A DNA stretch of 64,000 bases. It comes from Bacillus subtilis subsp. subtilis str. 168. Its GTDB lineage: Bacteria > Bacillota > Bacilli > Bacillales > Bacillaceae. Where the stretch lies: positions 2,914,001 through 2,978,000 of the forward strand of contig NC_000964.3 of the NCBI RefSeq assembly GCF_000009045.1, written 5' to 3'. Position numbers and translations under genes: made by a program. Below, piece by piece: positions 62,068-64,000 of the stretch. The notes beneath the pieces were generated by a model. That model was not told where the DNA came from. It saw only the letters and a program-made list of their open reading frames with translations, and made no database searches. How positions within the stretch are numbered: the first letter of the stretch is position 1; the number at the start of each line of letters is the position of its first letter.

Positions 62068-63807
62068 TTAGGCGGACTTTTCAGCGGCCCGTTTCAGCGT
62101 CACGGTAAAGACAGTTCCCCGTCCAAGCTCGCTTGTGACATCAATTTTCCCTTCATGAGCCTCTATTAAATGCTTGACAATCGCTAGGCCCAGCCCGGTT
62201 CCGCCCGAATTTCTGCTTCTGTCTTTATCTACACGGTAAAAGCGTTCAAAGATGCGCGGAATTTCTTCTTTCTGAATTCCGATTCCAGAATCGGCAACCT
62301 CAATCTGAATGTCTTTTTCTCTGGGCTTTACATTGATAGCCACGGAGCCCCCCTCAGGCGTGTAGGTTAATGCATTGTTTACGAGATTAAGAAATACCTG
62401 TTTCAGCCTGTACGGGTCACCAGATACATATTGAGGGTCTTTCGGGACATTCAGGTGCAAGGAGATGCCTTTCTCATCCGCCTTATGCTTCAGAAGCGTT
62501 TCAATCTCACCAAGCATTTTGGCCGGCTCAAACGTTTCGATACTGAGCGTGAAATTTTGCTGCTCGATTTTTGAGAGATCGAGCAAATCCTGAACCAAAG
62601 ACTGAAGCCTTTCGCTTTCCTTAAGAATAATAGAGAGAAATTCAGAAAGCGCCTCTTTGTCTTCCATCGCCCCGTCCAATAACGTCTCCGTAAACCCTTT
62701 TATGGACGTAATCGGTGTTTTCAGCTCATGAGAAACATTGGCCACAAAATCCTTCCTCATCTGCTCTAATTTCTTCGTTTCCGTCATGTCATGGAAAACG
62801 AGCACAATTCCTTTCCATTCATCGTCCGGCCCCATAATCGGAACGCCGTCCACTTCAAAATAACGCCGTTCTATTTTGATCGGCAGTCTTAACAGCTTGC
62901 ATTTCTTTGTCTCCGTCATAAAAATGTCTTCGACAAGCTGGATCACTTCTTCATGTTCAAATGCATCGTGATAAAGACGGCGCAGCATATGATTCGGATT
63001 GATATGAAACTGCTTGGCGTAAGACCTGTTTACGAGATTAATAAAGCCTCTTCCGTCGATCATAATCAGCCCGGAGCCAATGTTTTCAATGACTGTCAGC
63101 AGCCGATCCCGCTGCATTTCCTGCGTTCGCGTCATTTCCATCAGATCAATGGCAAGGCTGTTCATCGCATGTCCTAGCTTATCAGAACGCCTAATATAGC
63201 CGCCGTACGTCCGTGCATCGTAGTTGCCCTTAGAGAGTTCTGTGGCTACATTTGTCGCTGACTCAATTGACCTTTTATAACGTGAGGTCATGCTGGAATA
63301 AAAATAAACAATGACGATAAATGCGGTACAAAGACTGGCCGTCAGCATCCCCCACAATTCGCCTTTTAAGCCGTCGCTTTTTTCAGAGGCGGAAAGCAGC
63401 ACATATCCTGTTTTTTCACCTTCGCTTCTAAGTGAAAGTCCGTAATAAAGCTTGTTATCTGTTGTTGACAGAATACCCTCATGGCCAGAAACAAGCGCCT
63501 GCACCTTTTGGGAATCAGCCGATCTACCGTTTGACCCATACAGCACCTTACCGTCTGTATCGATAACGGATGCGCTCACATCAAGCGCGCCGCCTGCATC
63601 TTTAATGATTTTCTCATTTGCTTGATTATTCAGATTGCCGGCATCAAGAAGCGAAGCCAAGTATTTTGCTTCTTTTTCAATGTGTTCCTCTGCTTTCCTT
63701 TGATCAGATGTTTCAAAAAGCTGCTGTAAAAACAGCCCGAGGACACAAAACACCAGAATCATACAGACAACGAATACAGAAAAAAGGCGCACACGGTATT
63801 TATTCAT
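62068..63807 (-). CDS. phoR: Phosphate-regulon sensor kinase
   Basis: H-box [15 protein letters not shown] domain, [14 protein letters not shown] and GGTGLGLAI. Confidence 0.97.
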
Positions 63808-64000
63808 TCATTTTTGGCTCCTCCAGTTTATACCCCAATCCCCTAATCGTTTTAATGTAGATCGGTTTTTTGGTATTGTTTTCAATTTTGTCGCGAAGAT
63901 GGCTGATGTGCACATCAACAATTCTCGTATCTCCGGCAAAATCATAATTCCAGACTGCGCTCAGCAGCAGGTCTCTTGTCAGAACTCTGCCTTTATGTCT
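63800..64000 (-). CDS. phoP: OmpR-family response regulator PhoP, C-terminal 66 aa only
   Basis: Manual translation [17 protein letters not shown]...[14 protein letters not shown]...[17 protein letters not shown]; overlaps the phoR start. Confidence 0.95.

Overview
The window is a gene-dense, mostly minus-strand stretch of Bacillus subtilis chromosome. Gene order and protein sequences match what I recognise from strain 168, running from xsa/abf2 (cut by the left edge) to phoP (cut by the right edge). It holds fatty-acid degradation genes (lcfA, fadR-fadB-etfB-etfA), zapA-yshB-polX-mutS2-yshE divergent from rnhC, pheST with a T-box, ysfB-glcD-glcF, cstA, the arabinose operon araABDLMNPQ-abfA plus abnA, and infC-rpmI-rplT with an L20 leader and ATT start. 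It also holds lytST-pftAB(lrgAB), thrS with a T-box, nrdR-dnaB-dnaI, gapB-speD, ytcD/ytbDE, polA-mutM-ytaF-coaE and phoPR. I see no rRNA, tRNA, CRISPR array, prophage or insertion sequence, and no clearly new multi-gene system. The best leads are small-scale. One is a one-base frameshift in a T6 run that splits the glyoxalase-family gene ysfE. Others are a structured speD leader with an anti-Shine-Dalgarno segment, a PhoP/WalR-type repeat immediately after the phoR stop, the uncharacterised ysfB-glcD-glcF module lacking glcE, and a repeat-containing orphan lipoprotein (yscB). Gene names come from my recognition of the sequences, not from a database search. Motif coordinates were counted by hand.
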